Shown here in pieces: positions 12,668 to 25,334 of a stretch of DNA of 64,000 nt. Location of the stretch: positions 89,218,001 through 89,282,000 of the forward strand of contig NC_043001.1 of the NCBI RefSeq assembly GCF_006345805.1, written 5' to 3'. Each line of letters begins with the position of its first letter. The stretch's first letter is position 1. A program made the translations under genes and the position numbers. Origin of the DNA: Octopus sinensis. Lineage: Eukaryota. Under the pieces are notes generated by a model. The model had not been told where the DNA came from. It was given only the letters and a program-made list of their open reading frames with translations, and did no database searches.

Positions 12668-15600
12668 ATGGTACAAGATTTTCTGGGCAGGGAACACTGA
12701 CGGGGTTGGTGGCGTGGGTATACTTATCGCTGAGAAATGGGTATATAAAGTAATTGAGGTAATCAGAGTATGTGACAGAATACTTAAGATTAGATTAGTG
12801 CTTCATCATAGTTTAGCAACCATTATATCAGCCTATGCTCCTCAGTCGGGGCTACCCGATGGAAAGAAAGACCGATTCTATGACACTCTACTGCAGACTA
12901 CCTCATTGACGAACGACAGAGACCTTATCTTTGTGGCTGGTGACTTCAATGGTCACGTTGGACGACATGCTGGGGGCTTCCATGGCGTACATGGAGGCTA
13001 TGGCTATGGCTCCCGAAATGAGGAGGGAACCAGGCTGCTGGAGTTCTGCGATGCAAATAATCTTATGATTTGCAACACTAACTTCAGGAAACCTACCAGC
13101 CACCTAGTCACTTACCATCGGGCCAACATACCAGCCAAATTGACTACATCCTTGCAAGGCAAAGGGAGAGATGGCTGCTTATAAATGCCAAACCTTCCCA
13201 GGTGAAGAATGTACCCCACAACATAGACTGGTAGTTAGTGACTTTAGGATCAGGACTAGGAGGACAACCAGAAGACGACCAATATGGAGAAGAAGGATCT
13301 GGAAGCTTAAAGATCCTGCAAATGGACAGAGATTTAGAGACATATTACTTGAAGCCTCTGACGAAGTAGAAGGGGATAGAGTATCACAGGGGGTAGAAGA
13401 CAGCTGGACGTTTCTAAGGGACAACCTGCTGAGAGCCACTGACCAGATCTGTGGCTGGTGCAAAGTCCCCTCTCGACCTAGAATAACGTGTGGTGGAACA
13501 ATATTGTAGACAGGGCTATTAGAGAAAAGAGACAGGCTTGGAAGGTCTGGAAAAATGGGGGTAGCAGGGAATTGTATCAGACTGCCAAAAGAGAAGCTAA
13601 GAGACAGGTTTATTTAGCCAGAGGGGAAGCAGATAAGAAAAAATTTGCCAATGTTCTGCGCCGTGAGGACCAAAGACTGGAGGTGTTTCGCGTTGCAAGA
13701 CAGTGTGTGAGAGAGAATCGTGATGTGGTAGGAGAGAAGTGTGTTCGCATGGAAGATGGTTCACTTGCGCTAAATGAGGATGCAAAGAGAGAGGTTTGGA
13801 GATGCCACTATGAAAGTTTGCTGAATAAAGAAAATGAATGGGATAAAGAGAGTCTGCCGAATGTTGACCCAACAGAGGGACCAGCTATCCAAGTTGATAG
13901 TTCCGTGGTAGCTAAGGCAATTAGAAGCATGAAGACAGGAAAAGCCCCAGGCCCATCAGGAATCACTGCAGAGATGCTCAAAATGTCTGGTAGTGTCGGC
14001 TATAGCCTAGTCACCCATATAGTTAATCAGGTGATACACAAAGGAGTCATACCCAATGACTGGTGTAGCAGCATAATAGTCAACTGCTACAAAGGTAAAG
14101 GTGATGCCCTAGATACAAATAACTACAGAGGTATCAAGCTGTTGGATCAGGTGATGAAGGTTACGGAGAGGGTCATAGCCCAACTAATTAGAGAGAGAGT
14201 TAGTTTGGAGATGCAGTTTGGGTTTGTGCCAGGGAAAAGTACTACTGATGCTATATTCCTGGTAAGGCAGCTGCAGGAGAAATACCTAGCCAAAGATAAG
14301 CCCCTGTACCTGGCTTTTGTTGACATGGAGAAAGCCTTCGACAGGGTCCCCCGATCCCTTATCTGGTGGGCAATGAGGAAACTAGGGATAGATGAATGGT
14401 TAGTGAGAGCTGTGCGGGCCATGTGTAGGGACGCTGCTAGTAGGGTGAGGGTTGGAAACGAGTACAGTGAAGAATTCCGGGTAGAGGTAGGGGTCCACCA
14501 AGGCTCAGTACTCAGCCCCCTCCTATTTATCATAGTCCTCCAGGCAATAACGGAGGAATTCAAGACAGGATGCCCTTGGGAGCTCCTCTATGATGATGAC
14601 CTTGCTCTAATTGCTGAGTCGCTGTCAGAACTGGAGGAGAAGTTTCAGGTGTGGAAACAAGGATTAGAATCGAAGGGCCTCAGAGTCATAATCAGTAGGA
14701 AGGTAGACAAATCACAAACGCCTTCAGGTAGATGGCCCTGCTCGATCTGTAGAAAAGGTGTAGGTAGAAACTCTATAAGATGCACCAAGTGTAAGCTATG
14801 GACACATAAGAGGTGCAGCAATGTCAAAGGAAGGCTAACTAGGAAGATGGTTTTTGTATGTGGCAGATGCTCAGGAACAATAAACACTGAAAATGCTCTG
14901 AGACCAACTTCCGTCACTTTCCAGGGAAAAACTAGAAATAGTTGATAGTTTCCGTTACCTAGGTGACCAAGTCAGCAGCGGGGGCGGGTGTGCTGAAAGT
15001 GTAACTGCTAGAGTAAGAATAGCTTGGGCAAAGTTCAGAGAGCTCTTACCTCTGCTGGTGACAAAAGCCTCTCGCACAGAGTGAAAGGCAGACTGTATGA
15101 TGCGTGTGTACGAACACAGCCATGCTACATGGCAGTGAAACATGGGCCGTGACTGCTGAGGATATGCGTAAGCTTGCAAGAAATGAAGCCAGTATGCTCC
15201 GATGGATGTGTAATGTCAGTGTTCATAATGGTCATGTGGCGAATGGATGAAAGATAGTGTGTGAAAAAGTGGCCACACCACATAGCGGTGAGGGAACCTG
15301 TGGAAGAGGCAGACCCAGGAAAACCTGGGACGAGGTGGTGAAGCACGACCTTCGAACTTTAGGTCTCACTGGGAAATGACTAGCCCGGAGTCCTCTGGAA
15401 GTGTGCTGTGCGCGAGAAGACCCGGCAGGACAATTGAGTCCATAACCCGTGTGCCTTCTACTTGTGATGGAGCCAGCCTACGTAGCATACCTTCCCTTCT
15501 TGGGACACAAAACTCTACTTGTGAAGACCTGTTGAGGCAGTGAGGATCAGAATCGAAATCGATCAATGGAAATTGCAGATGTGTTACCAGTGCCGGTGGC

Positions 15601-16148
15601 ATGTCGAAACTCTACTTGTGAAGACCCTACGTTGAGGCAAGTGAGGATCAGAATGGAAATCGATCAAAATTGAAATCGATCAATGGAAATTGCAGATGTG
15701 TTACCAGTGCCGGTGGCATGTCGAAACTCTACTTGTGAAGACCCGTGAGGCAAGTGAGGATCAGAATGGAAATCGATCAATGGAAATTGCAGATGTGTTA
15801 CCAGTGCGGTGGCATGTAAGAGAACATCTTTTCGCGACCGTTGCCAGCACCGCCCCGTTTCGTGTCCATTGCCAACCTCGCTGGCCCTTGTGCCGGTGCA
15901 CATAAAAAGCACCATCCGTTCGTGGCCGTTTGCCAGCTCTGTCTGGCACCTGTGCGGGTGGCACGTAAAAAGCACCCACTACACTCACGGAGTGGTTGGC
16001 GTTAGGAAGGGCATCCAGCCGTAGAAACACTGCCAGATTTGACTGGGCCTGAATGAAACCTTCTGCTTCGCAGACCCCAGTAGAACCGTCCTACCCATGC
16101 TAGCATGGAAAACGGACGCTAACAACGACGATGATGATTATGATGATG

Positions 16149-16150
<2 letters not shown>
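12668..16150 (+). mobile_element. RTE-clade LINE, long 5'-truncated frameshifted copy (APE + RT + PHD-like insert + long 3' UTR)
   Basis: APE motifs SAYAPQ, GDFNGHVG, SQIDYIL-like, QHRLVV; RT motifs YRGIKLL, QFGF, FVDMEKAFDRV, GVHQGSVLSP, YDDD (YADD in sister copies), FRYLG. The 3' UTR ends in (GAT)n. Confidence 0.95.
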
Positions 16151-16183
<33 letters not shown>

Positions 16184-16190
16184 GATATAT

Positions 16191-16235
<45 letters not shown>

Positions 16236-16306
16236 TATATATACATATATATCTATATACATAATATATATCTCTCTACTTATATATATATATATATATA
16301 TAGTAT

Positions 16307-16340
<34 letters not shown>

Positions 16341-16841
16341 ATATATATAGCTATATACATAAACATTATTTATATGATACTACTTTGGGTGACTGAATTT
16401 GGTTGACAGAAACAGTGGAAGCCTGTTATGTGTACATTCATACATACATATATATATGTATATATATGTATATATGTATATACATATATATATATATTAT
16501 TCAAAACAGTTTGGTTCGGCTCCATGCAACTATAAGTTTTGTGGGCCTCTGACAGAAATCCTTCTCTTTCAGGCTTACATTACCAATTCAGTATTCTATG
16601 CCTGAAAGAAATAGGCCACTGTCAAAGGCCCGCATATCTTTAAGCCACAAGGAGCTGAATCAAACTGTTTTAATTAATGCTGTAACATCTAAATGTGTTG
16701 AATGCCTTTTTCTCTTTTGTTCTTCCACTCACTTATAGATATCATCATCATTATCATCTTCATTTAACATCTGCCTTCCATGCTGGCACACACACACACA
16801 CACACACACACACAATATATATATATATATATATATCTATA

Positions 16842-16878
<37 letters not shown>

Positions 16879-17099
16879 GTTTTGACTATTTATTAAAATT
16901 TTATTATTGATTAAGTCTTTCCTGGTTTGTTTTGCAAAATAGTGGTTTTGTCTCTAATAATATTTTATAATATTTACTATAAAATTGGATTTAATCCTAA
17001 ATCTGATTTTTTTCCCTGTAAATTTGATTTATTCCCTAATATTTATTATATATACATATATATATATATATACACACATACATATATACATATATATAT

Positions 17100-17900
17100 A
17101 ATCCCAAAAATGGAACAAGAATGCAACAGACAACAATAAAAGATCCAGTCGGATAGACGATACAATGACAGACAGGAAAAACAACAAAAAGACGGACAAG
17201 AAAAAAACAAGGATGGGTCATTCATGGCCTTCTCTCCTCAGTCAAATTTCCAGATTATCCTTAAAGTTTTGGCCAGTTACACTTCAGACTATTCAAATCT
17301 GGCTGGCCCCAAAAATCTAAGCATTGAATATTTTGGGAGAAAGCAAGCAAATATATATACAACATCAAAGACAAAAAAAAACACAAAATCAGAGAAAATG
17401 TTACACAATTACAAATACAAGCAGCAAGAAAATAACAACAAATGTCTTTTGACGAATAGAGATGGCTGAAGTTGAACTGGTGTGTGTAGAGTGAAAGCCT
17501 TGAGGCAGAAACATAGATGAACATAAGAAATGAAAATCATGAGAAAGGAATATAAGAAATGCTTCATGGCCAGCAATCAAGCCAAGAAAAAAAGAGCATG
17601 CTTGGCCAACCACTGATCACGTAGAAGGAAAGGAGAAAAGTAAGAGGCAGAGGGATTGAAAAGGTAGGGTAGAAAGAGAAAGAGAAAATATCAAAGGGAC
17701 ATAAAGAAGGTACAAGGGAGATAAACAAGGAAAAATAGGTGGATTAAAGAAAGAGAAGGCCAAGAAATGTGGGAGAGGAGGAACGAGAAAAGGAAAAGAG
17801 GAAAGAAAGAAGAAAGTATGAGGGGGACCAAAAGAAAGAGTCGTACAGAATTTAGATTCATACTTACTTTCAAAGTGAGCAGAATGTTGATACACAACAG
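17100..17900 (-). mobile_element. Probable PLE 3' UTR/terminus remnant
   Basis: On the minus strand, a pyrimidine-rich tract is followed by CTGAGGAGAG... and a terminus TTTTTGGGATT|(TA)n, like other PLE ends in the window. No clear coding homology. Confidence 0.35.
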
Positions 17901-17974
17901 CAAAGGGAAAAAATAGTATTTCAAACTTCATGCAATAAGATTCCTAAATAATACAGTTCTACTGTCTTTGGTGT

Positions 17975-18600
17975 GAAAACGTTCAAATAGCCTTCAACGT
18001 CTTTTTGCTCACTTTCTTCTTTGCCATTCTTTGTTACTAATGTTCCAAGTAAAATACATGGGTACTTCAGCATCAAGCAATGATTTTGCAAAGTCATCAT
18101 TGATGCACAATGAAAAGAATTATCTCAATGTTGTTTTCATATGTCGTTCATTGACAGCCATATATCCTCATTATTTCTGAGCAATATATTTTGTTCATCC
18201 AGAAGATGAACTTGCAGTTTCAATATTGCAGGTGTTCTTTCATGAATTTAAAATCCTAAAATGGATGCAACTGCTTTGGATGGTCCACTATACCTACCGA
18301 ATAGATTTTGACTAATTTTGATATTGTTGAACAGCAGCTATTATTGATATTATTTGAACAGCAGCTTGATCATTTCCTTTCAGCGTGTACTCAGTAACAT
18401 ACTTAATTGACCTCACTGAGGCAATGATTTCAACATTCCAGTGGCATTTGAATGCTCTTAAAAGAGTTTCATTATAAGGTACAACCCATTTGTTGGTTTT
18501 TTTTTTCCCCCATTCTTATGAGATTCAAATCCTCCCATTGCAACTGGTCTTCATCTATAAAGAGATAGTTTCTTTGTCAGTTTTTCTGGCTTTTGATTAA
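17975..18600 (-). mobile_element. Helitron Rep/helicase coding remnant (not in the ORF track)
   Basis: Manual minus-strand translation: LYR*RPVAMGG, TNKWVVPYNETLLRAFKCHWNVEIIASVRSIKYVTEYTLKGNDQA, ERTPAILKLQVHL, KTTLR*FFSLCINDDFAKSLLDAEVPMYFTWN...WQRRK. These are collinear with conserved Helitron RepHel motifs. Confidence 0.85.
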
Positions 18601-18947
18601 TATCTTATTTTAAATAAAATAGTAACCTTCCCCTTTAAGAAAAAAATCAAGTACTCATGAATCAAAAAAATCTCATAAAAAATAGGGAGAATTTCTCTTT
18701 AAGTCCAGATCACTTGAGATTTGTATAACTGATTAAGGGAAGAAACAAGAAAGTCAGAAAAAAAAGGACTGACAGCAGTAGCTACCGATGGCTCTTTGAA
18801 ATGTCAACATTTTCAACTTGATTTTTTTTTTCCGTAAAGGGGGAAATGACTATTTTATTTGTAATCTTTATCATTTTAATCAAATGGCAGGAAAACAAAC
18901 TTTGAGTTTTAGTCTTATATATATATACATACACATATATATATATA

Positions 18948-19362
18948 TGGTGGCTGCCCCCTCGTTATCGAGTATGGCCATTGCACGAAGCTTAATCCAT
19001 GTTGTTATTGTGCAATGCCTGTGCAAGAGGATTTTTTTTTAAAGTGAGGAAAGGCTGTGCACTGAGTCAATCCCACTCACTAAGCAACAGCAGCCAGTTA
19101 CGTGAGTTACCTTCTCCTAGAAGGATGCCCTAACAAAGGCTAGGAGTCCTTCACTCCCAATGGTTTAACCGCACGATCAGGTATTCAGTCCAATTATTTC
19201 TATGTCCCCACGCATGATACAACCGTAAGACATTTATTGGATGGCGGTTGACTCTCAAGAGTTCCTCCGCTCTTTGACAGGTTTTGTTTTTCATCCCGCA
19301 GGGTGTCCAATAAAAACCCTCCTCACCAAGCAAGCTTAGTGGGGTTGCCGGTTTAGTCGCCG
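18948..19362 (-). mobile_element. Putative non-autonomous RTE-derived element (5'-UTR-like plus 3'-tail-like parts)
   Basis: Minus strand starts GGCGACTAAACCGGCAACCCC, contains GGGCATCCTTCTAGGAGAAGGTAACTC (recalled RTE 5' UTR-like motif) and ends GGCCATACTCGATAACGAGGGGGCAGCCACC|(TA)n. No ORF. Confidence 0.4.
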
Positions 19363-19849
19363 TATATATACATATATATACATACACACATACATATGCA
19401 CATACATATATATACATATATATACTTATATATACACACATATATGCACACACACACATGCACACACACACACATATATATATATGTGCTGGTGATTGTT
19501 GCCAGTGTTGCCTTTCTGGCACATGTGCCAGTGGCATGTGAAAAACAACATTCAAGTGCGGTTGTTGCCAGTACCGCCAGACTGGCTCTCATGCGGGTAG
19601 CATGTAAAAAAACACCTTTTGAGTATGGTCGTTGCCAGAACTGCCAACTGGCACATAAAAGCACCCACTAAACTCTTGGAGTGGCTGGCATTAGGAAGGG
19701 CATCCAGCTGTAGAAACTTTGCAAGATCAGATTGAGCCTGGAGCAGCCTCTGGCTCACCAGTCCTGAGTCAAACCGTCCAACCCATGCAAACATGAAAAG
19801 CAGACGTTAAATGACAATGATGATGACATATATATATATATATATTATA

Positions 19850-20520
19850 TCGTTACACACACGCGCACACATATACACACCTTGCCTATATATATACATC
19901 ACTCTTACACACATTCAATCTACTCATTATATACCACCACGACACTGGACCACACACACACTACTACTCAACACAACGCTGGCACGCTACATACGCCCCA
20001 ACCCCTTCCCCTCCCTCCCTTCCTCCTTCCTTCTTTTTCTTACTACTGACCTCCCTTCCTCCTTCCTTTTTTTCTTTTTCTGTCTCTAGCTGACCACTAG
20101 TCTCGCCCTACCTCACACGCCTACACACAGACGCACACACTAACACACACACTATATTTTTTTGTTTTTTTTTTTCATCTCGCCTCACACACACACATAC
20201 ACACACGCACATGCACACACTCACACATACACACACATCTGCTGGGTTACCAACCTTGTCTCCACTCTTTTGTCTTTAAAAACCCACTTTGCTCTTGTTA
20301 TCATCAACATCCGCCTTCACCATGTGCAACTCGTAAACACCAGTCGTCTTTTTCTCTTTCCTGTTTCCTGCCCGCTCTGGGATCTTTCTTTCCTCTCTCT
20401 CTCCTTCTTTATGTTTCCGACGAAGAGCTCCGCTCGAAACGTCATACCTCCCTGCTTCCATCTCCTGAGCGCCTATTAATAATAATACTGTAATTTTCCT
20501 GTTTGTGTTGTTTTTTTGTT
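19850..20520 (+). mobile_element. PLE 3' UTR fragment with HHR-like terminus
   Basis: CT-rich tract followed by CCGACGA-A-GAGC-TCC-GCTC-GAAACGTC (20417-20443) and CCTGAGCGCC..TTTGGATT|(TA)n. Homologous to the end of the PLE at 48960-49200. Confidence 0.6.
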
Positions 20521-20556
20521 TCCCTTTTGGATTAAATTATATATATATATATATAT

Positions 20557-20591
<35 letters not shown>

Positions 20592-20819
20592 ATATACACA
20601 CATACATACATATATATCATCATCATTTAACGTCTGCTTGCTCATGCTAGCATGGGTTGGACGGTTCAACTGGGGTCTGGGGAGCCCGAAAGCTGCACCA
20701 GTCCAGTCAGATCTGGCAGTGTTTCTACAGCTGCTGATGCCCTTCCTAACGCAACCACTCCGAGAGTGTAGTGGGTGATTTTATGTGCCACCGACACAGG
20801 TGCCAGACGAGGCTGGCAG

Positions 20820-20858
<39 letters not shown>

Positions 20859-21456
20859 ATATAATCTATATATATATTTGGATAAAAATAGTTATCGCCA
20901 GTTTGTAGGGTTACCCATAAAGCACTTAGCTTTACAACATTTTGTCAGACCCTAATGGATAGTCGCCTATAAACTCTTCTCAAACCCCACTCTTTTGAAG
21001 AGAGGTTATAAACCACCGACTATTAGAATATGACAAGACATTGTAAAGCTAATGCTCTATAACTTAGAGTGTGCTTCTCTTTTGGATTCATGAATTACTA
21101 ATGATATGTGTCTATATATATATATGTATATTTTGCTTAGGCATTGTTAGAATGATAACTTGGTATAGAACTTAATTTACATATGCTTCAGAACAAAGAA
21201 CTGGTTGAGTACAGAGTGGTGATAAGAAAATAAGATAACAAAGTAATAAGTGATTATCTTATGAACTTCATATGATAATCATTTATTCCTTGTTCTTTAA
21301 CTGATATATACATATATATATATATAATATATATATATAATATATATATTATATAATGTGTGTGTATGTATGTATATGGTGTATGTATACATATATATGT
21401 GTATGTATATATATATATATATATATATACTATATATATATATATATATATATATG

Positions 21457-21491
<35 letters not shown>

Positions 21492-21599
21492 GTGTATTTT
21501 TCCCTTGTTTACAATTAGCATGGAAAAAATAGATAAACAGTTATCAGGGTAGCAAAAAATCACACAAGTGAAAAAGGGCATAACACCTTGTTTTTAAAG

Positions 21600-22130
21600 G
21601 TAGAAACTCCGGGTTTATGTGAAATATTTTGTATAATATATATAAATAAATAAATGGAGTTAAATGCAGGTGTTATTCAAATTCTTTTGCTCCCGACACA
21701 TGTTTCGAAGATATCATTGGTATTATTCCAAAGGATTAAATGGTGTAAAACAATGTAATCTTCTCTTCAAGGAAATGAAGAAATAAACTTGTCAATAAGA
21801 CATTTTGACAGAATATGATGGATATGTATAGTGATTAACTGAACACTATTAAGTTATTTTTAAAAAGACATTAGAGGATATAACGTCAAAGGTAGCCTAT
21901 AGGAAAAGGAGGGGTAAAGGAAAGAAAAAATCAGAAACCAAATAAATAAGAAATATAAAATGATATGTGAATTAAATAAAATCCTAAAGTCTTAGAAAAA
22001 GCTATATCTAGTGGAAGTGTAATGTATGAAGAAAATCAATGTTTAAATTATATGTAATGGTAGATATCACTTATATGAACTAAATATGTGTTTCTGCCAA
22101 TGTTTACATTGATAAGCATGCTCTATAACT
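21600..22130 (-). mobile_element. PLE-type terminal region carrying an HHR-like motif
   Basis: Minus strand 21775-21691 reads TTTCC-TTGAAGA-GAAGAT..ATCTTC-GAAAC-ATGT-GTC-GGGA. Confidence 0.5.
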
Positions 22131-22135
22131 GTGTT

Positions 22136-22430
22136 TCAATAGCCAATCTTATGTGATTCGCTTTTGGTGAAGAAGGGAATTTGATACTGCTGCCCTCTTT
22201 GAGTTTCCTGCCTTGATATAGGTTTATCTGCGACCTTGGATAGCAGAAGGTCAAGTTGTTTCTTGAAAACATCTTCCCCTACTCTATGAAGATCCCTCAG
22301 GTATGCTGGCAAGGTATTAAATACCTGTGGGCCTTTGAATCCCAAGCTATTGCAGTACATGGTCCTTGCTCTTGGCAGGATAGCTGGGACCTTTGGAACA
22401 GTGCAGTGATGCCCAGCTTGGACATCACTG
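22136..22430 (-). mobile_element. CR1/L2-group LINE C-terminal fragment
   Basis: YCNSLGFKGPQVFNTLPAYLRDLHRVGEDVFKKQLDLLLSKVADKP matches the typical CR1-group ORF2 end (GPxLFNxLP...FKxxLDxxL). Confidence 0.6.
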
Positions 22431-23362
22431 CATATATATAAACACACACATGCACCCACACACACACTGTTAATCCAGAAATGTTTATTTTTCTCTTCAT
22501 TTCCTTTCCTCATTCCTTTCTGTTGAAGAGCATAGGCTCAAAATGTCACTGACATTTCCATTTTTCCTGATTATCAAACTAATACACCTTCTTTTTTTTA
22601 AGCCTAGTACTTATTTTATCCGTCTCTTTTACTTAACTACTAAGTTATGGGGTTATAAATACACCAACACCGGTTCTCAAGCAGCGGTGGGGGACAAACA
22701 CAAAGACATACACACAGACATACATACATACATACATACATACATACATACATACATGTATATATGTGTGTGTGTGCACATACGACAGGCTTCTTTCAAT
22801 TTCCATTTACCAAATCCCCTCACAAGGCTTTGGACAACCCAGGGTATAGTAGAAGACATTTGCCCAAATTGTCATGCAGTGGGACTGAACCCAGACCCCA
22901 TGGTTGGGAAGCAAGTGTTTTACCACACAGTCACACTTGCGGCTGTGTTTAAACTCAGTTATATCATCTTACGTCATATAAGACAAACATATACAAGGCT
23001 CAAAATACTATTAAGACAAGGCTGTATTCAACACCTCTATGTTTTTCTAACACAAAATAAGAAAATAAATATATTGTTGTATGTGTGAATGTATATGTGT
23101 GTGTCTGTGTGTATCTGTACCTGTGTGTATCTTGCTATTGTTTATTGTTCTAGTCTAATGTAAATATAGACATAAGAAGGATTTGTATGCACCTGGGAGA
23201 CGTAAAAGTTTTTCTGTAGGTGTATGTATGCATGTGTAAGTATATGTGTGTGTGTGTATGCGTGTGTATGCAAGGAGTGTGTGCATGTAAGTGTATATAC
23301 ACATGTATGTGTGTGTATGTATACATATAGTATACATATGTATGTCCACATGCATATCTATA

Positions 23363-23403
<41 letters not shown>

Positions 23404-23471
23404 GTATGTACACAGACATACACAATATATATACATATATGTATGTATGTCTATTTTTAAAAAATCATCAT

Positions 23472-23643
23472 AGGCGCAGGAGTGGCTGTGTGGTAAGTAG
23501 CTTGCTAACCAACCACATGGTTCCGGGTTCAGTCCCACTGCGTGGCATCTTGGGCAAGTGTCTTCTGCTATAGCCCCGGGCCGACCAATGCCTTGTGAGT
23601 GGATTTGGTAGACGGAAACTGAAAGAAGCCTGTCGTATATATG

Positions 23644-23676
<33 letters not shown>

Positions 23677-23870
23677 TTGTGTTTGTCCCCCTAGCATTGC
23701 TTGACCACCGATGCTGGTGTGTTTACGTCCCCGTCACTTAGCGGTTCGGCAAAAGAGACCAATAGAATAAGTACTGGGCTTACAAAGAATAAGTCCCGGG
23801 GTCGATTTGCTCGACTAAAGGTGGTGCTCCAGCATGGCCGTAGTCAAATGACTGAAACAAGTAAAAGAGT
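23472..23870 (+). mobile_element. tRNA-derived CORE-type SINE family S2 (best copy; resembles octopus OR-type SINEs)
   Basis: A box TGGCTGTGTGG, B box GGTTCAGTCC, CORE-like TTGGGCAAGTGTCTT, internal (GT)n, tail GTCAAATGACTGAAACAAGTAAAAGA. Further copies near 2400-2580, 3520-3720, 4330-4460, 22590-22935, 24750-25150, 25990-26390, 56860-57010, 58685-58860 and 62100-62240. Confidence 0.8.
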
Positions 23871-23911
23871 ATATATGTTTGTATATGCACACTCACATAC
23901 ACACACACACA

Positions 23912-23951
<40 letters not shown>

Positions 23952-24398
23952 CGCATGCATACCTGTACACAGGTGTATCTATCTTCACCATCAACAATAA
24001 CTTCCTTATGATATATCATGAATCTTTATAACTGGAGTATTTTCTGTTGTCAGTATCAATGTCTGATCCTAATCTCCTCATGTTACAATTAGCCATATAC
24101 TTGTACTCCTAGGCAGCTGTGGTTAGGATATTTATTTTAACCATCAAGTTTCTTTGATTCTTTGTATTCTTTCAGGCATACCTGGACCACAGGAGATTTC
24201 ATTACACCGATATCTTTTTCATACTAGAGAGCTTGGTTTTCTCTAGAGTAAAGGTGTTCCTGACCTTCTTTTTCATGAACTGTTCATGATCAATTTCAGG
24301 TATCATATTCTCAAATCATGCACTCTAGTATTTTGTCCATGTTGTACTCCACTTGGACTAACATATATCTCTTGTTCCACAATTGTTCTCTAATATAC

Positions 24399-24456
<58 letters not shown>

Positions 24457-25278
24457 TTAATGGGCAATATATAGGATTTAACTAATCCAGTGCTACTTAT
24501 AAAAAAGTTCCTTTAATGAATCAGGCTTTAATGAATAGTAAAGCAATTGGTGAAATAATTTTTTTCATTTGAGACCTCCTCTCTTTCTTTTGGTCGCACC
24601 AGTTGATCCTGTTTCCTCTTATCACCCACGAACTTCTCCACTGGACTTTCTACCTTTCTATCCTTTTCGGATTCTCTTTTGGACATTTTACACTCCGGCT
24701 CCACCTCTCCTACCTATGGATTACTCTGGACTCTACTTTTTATATATATAAGAAGCTTTCTTCTCAAGCACATGGTTCTGGGTTTAGTCCTACTGTGTGG
24801 CACCTCGGGCAAGTGTCTTCTACTATAACCTCAGGCCAACCAGAACCTTGTGAGTGGATTTGGTAGATAGAAACTGAAAGAAGCTCATCATATATATGTG
24901 TGTGTATATATTTATGTATATGTGTCTTTGTGTCTATATTTGTCTCCCCATCACTGCTTGACAACCGATGTTGGTGTATTTATATCCCTGTAATTTGGTG
25001 GTTCAGCAAATGACAATGATAGAATAAATACTAAGGCTTACAAAGAATAAGTTCTGGGATCAATTTCTTGGACTAAAAAATAACTTTTTAAGGCAGTGCT
25101 TCAGCTTGGCTACAGTCAAATGACTGAAACAAGTAAAGAAATAAAAGAATGTGTGTGTGTGTGTGTATTCTTTTAACATCATAAAGTTAAACCCTTTATG
25201 GATGGGAAACCCAGGGTAACCCCATAGACTGGCTTTCACCAGGAAAAAAAGAATATATATATAATATATATATATATA

Positions 25279-25334
<56 letters not shown>

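Noticed and set aside
23472-23550. tRNA genes at SINE heads
   Set aside because: A and B boxes are present, but there is no complete cloverleaf and they run directly into SINE bodies.
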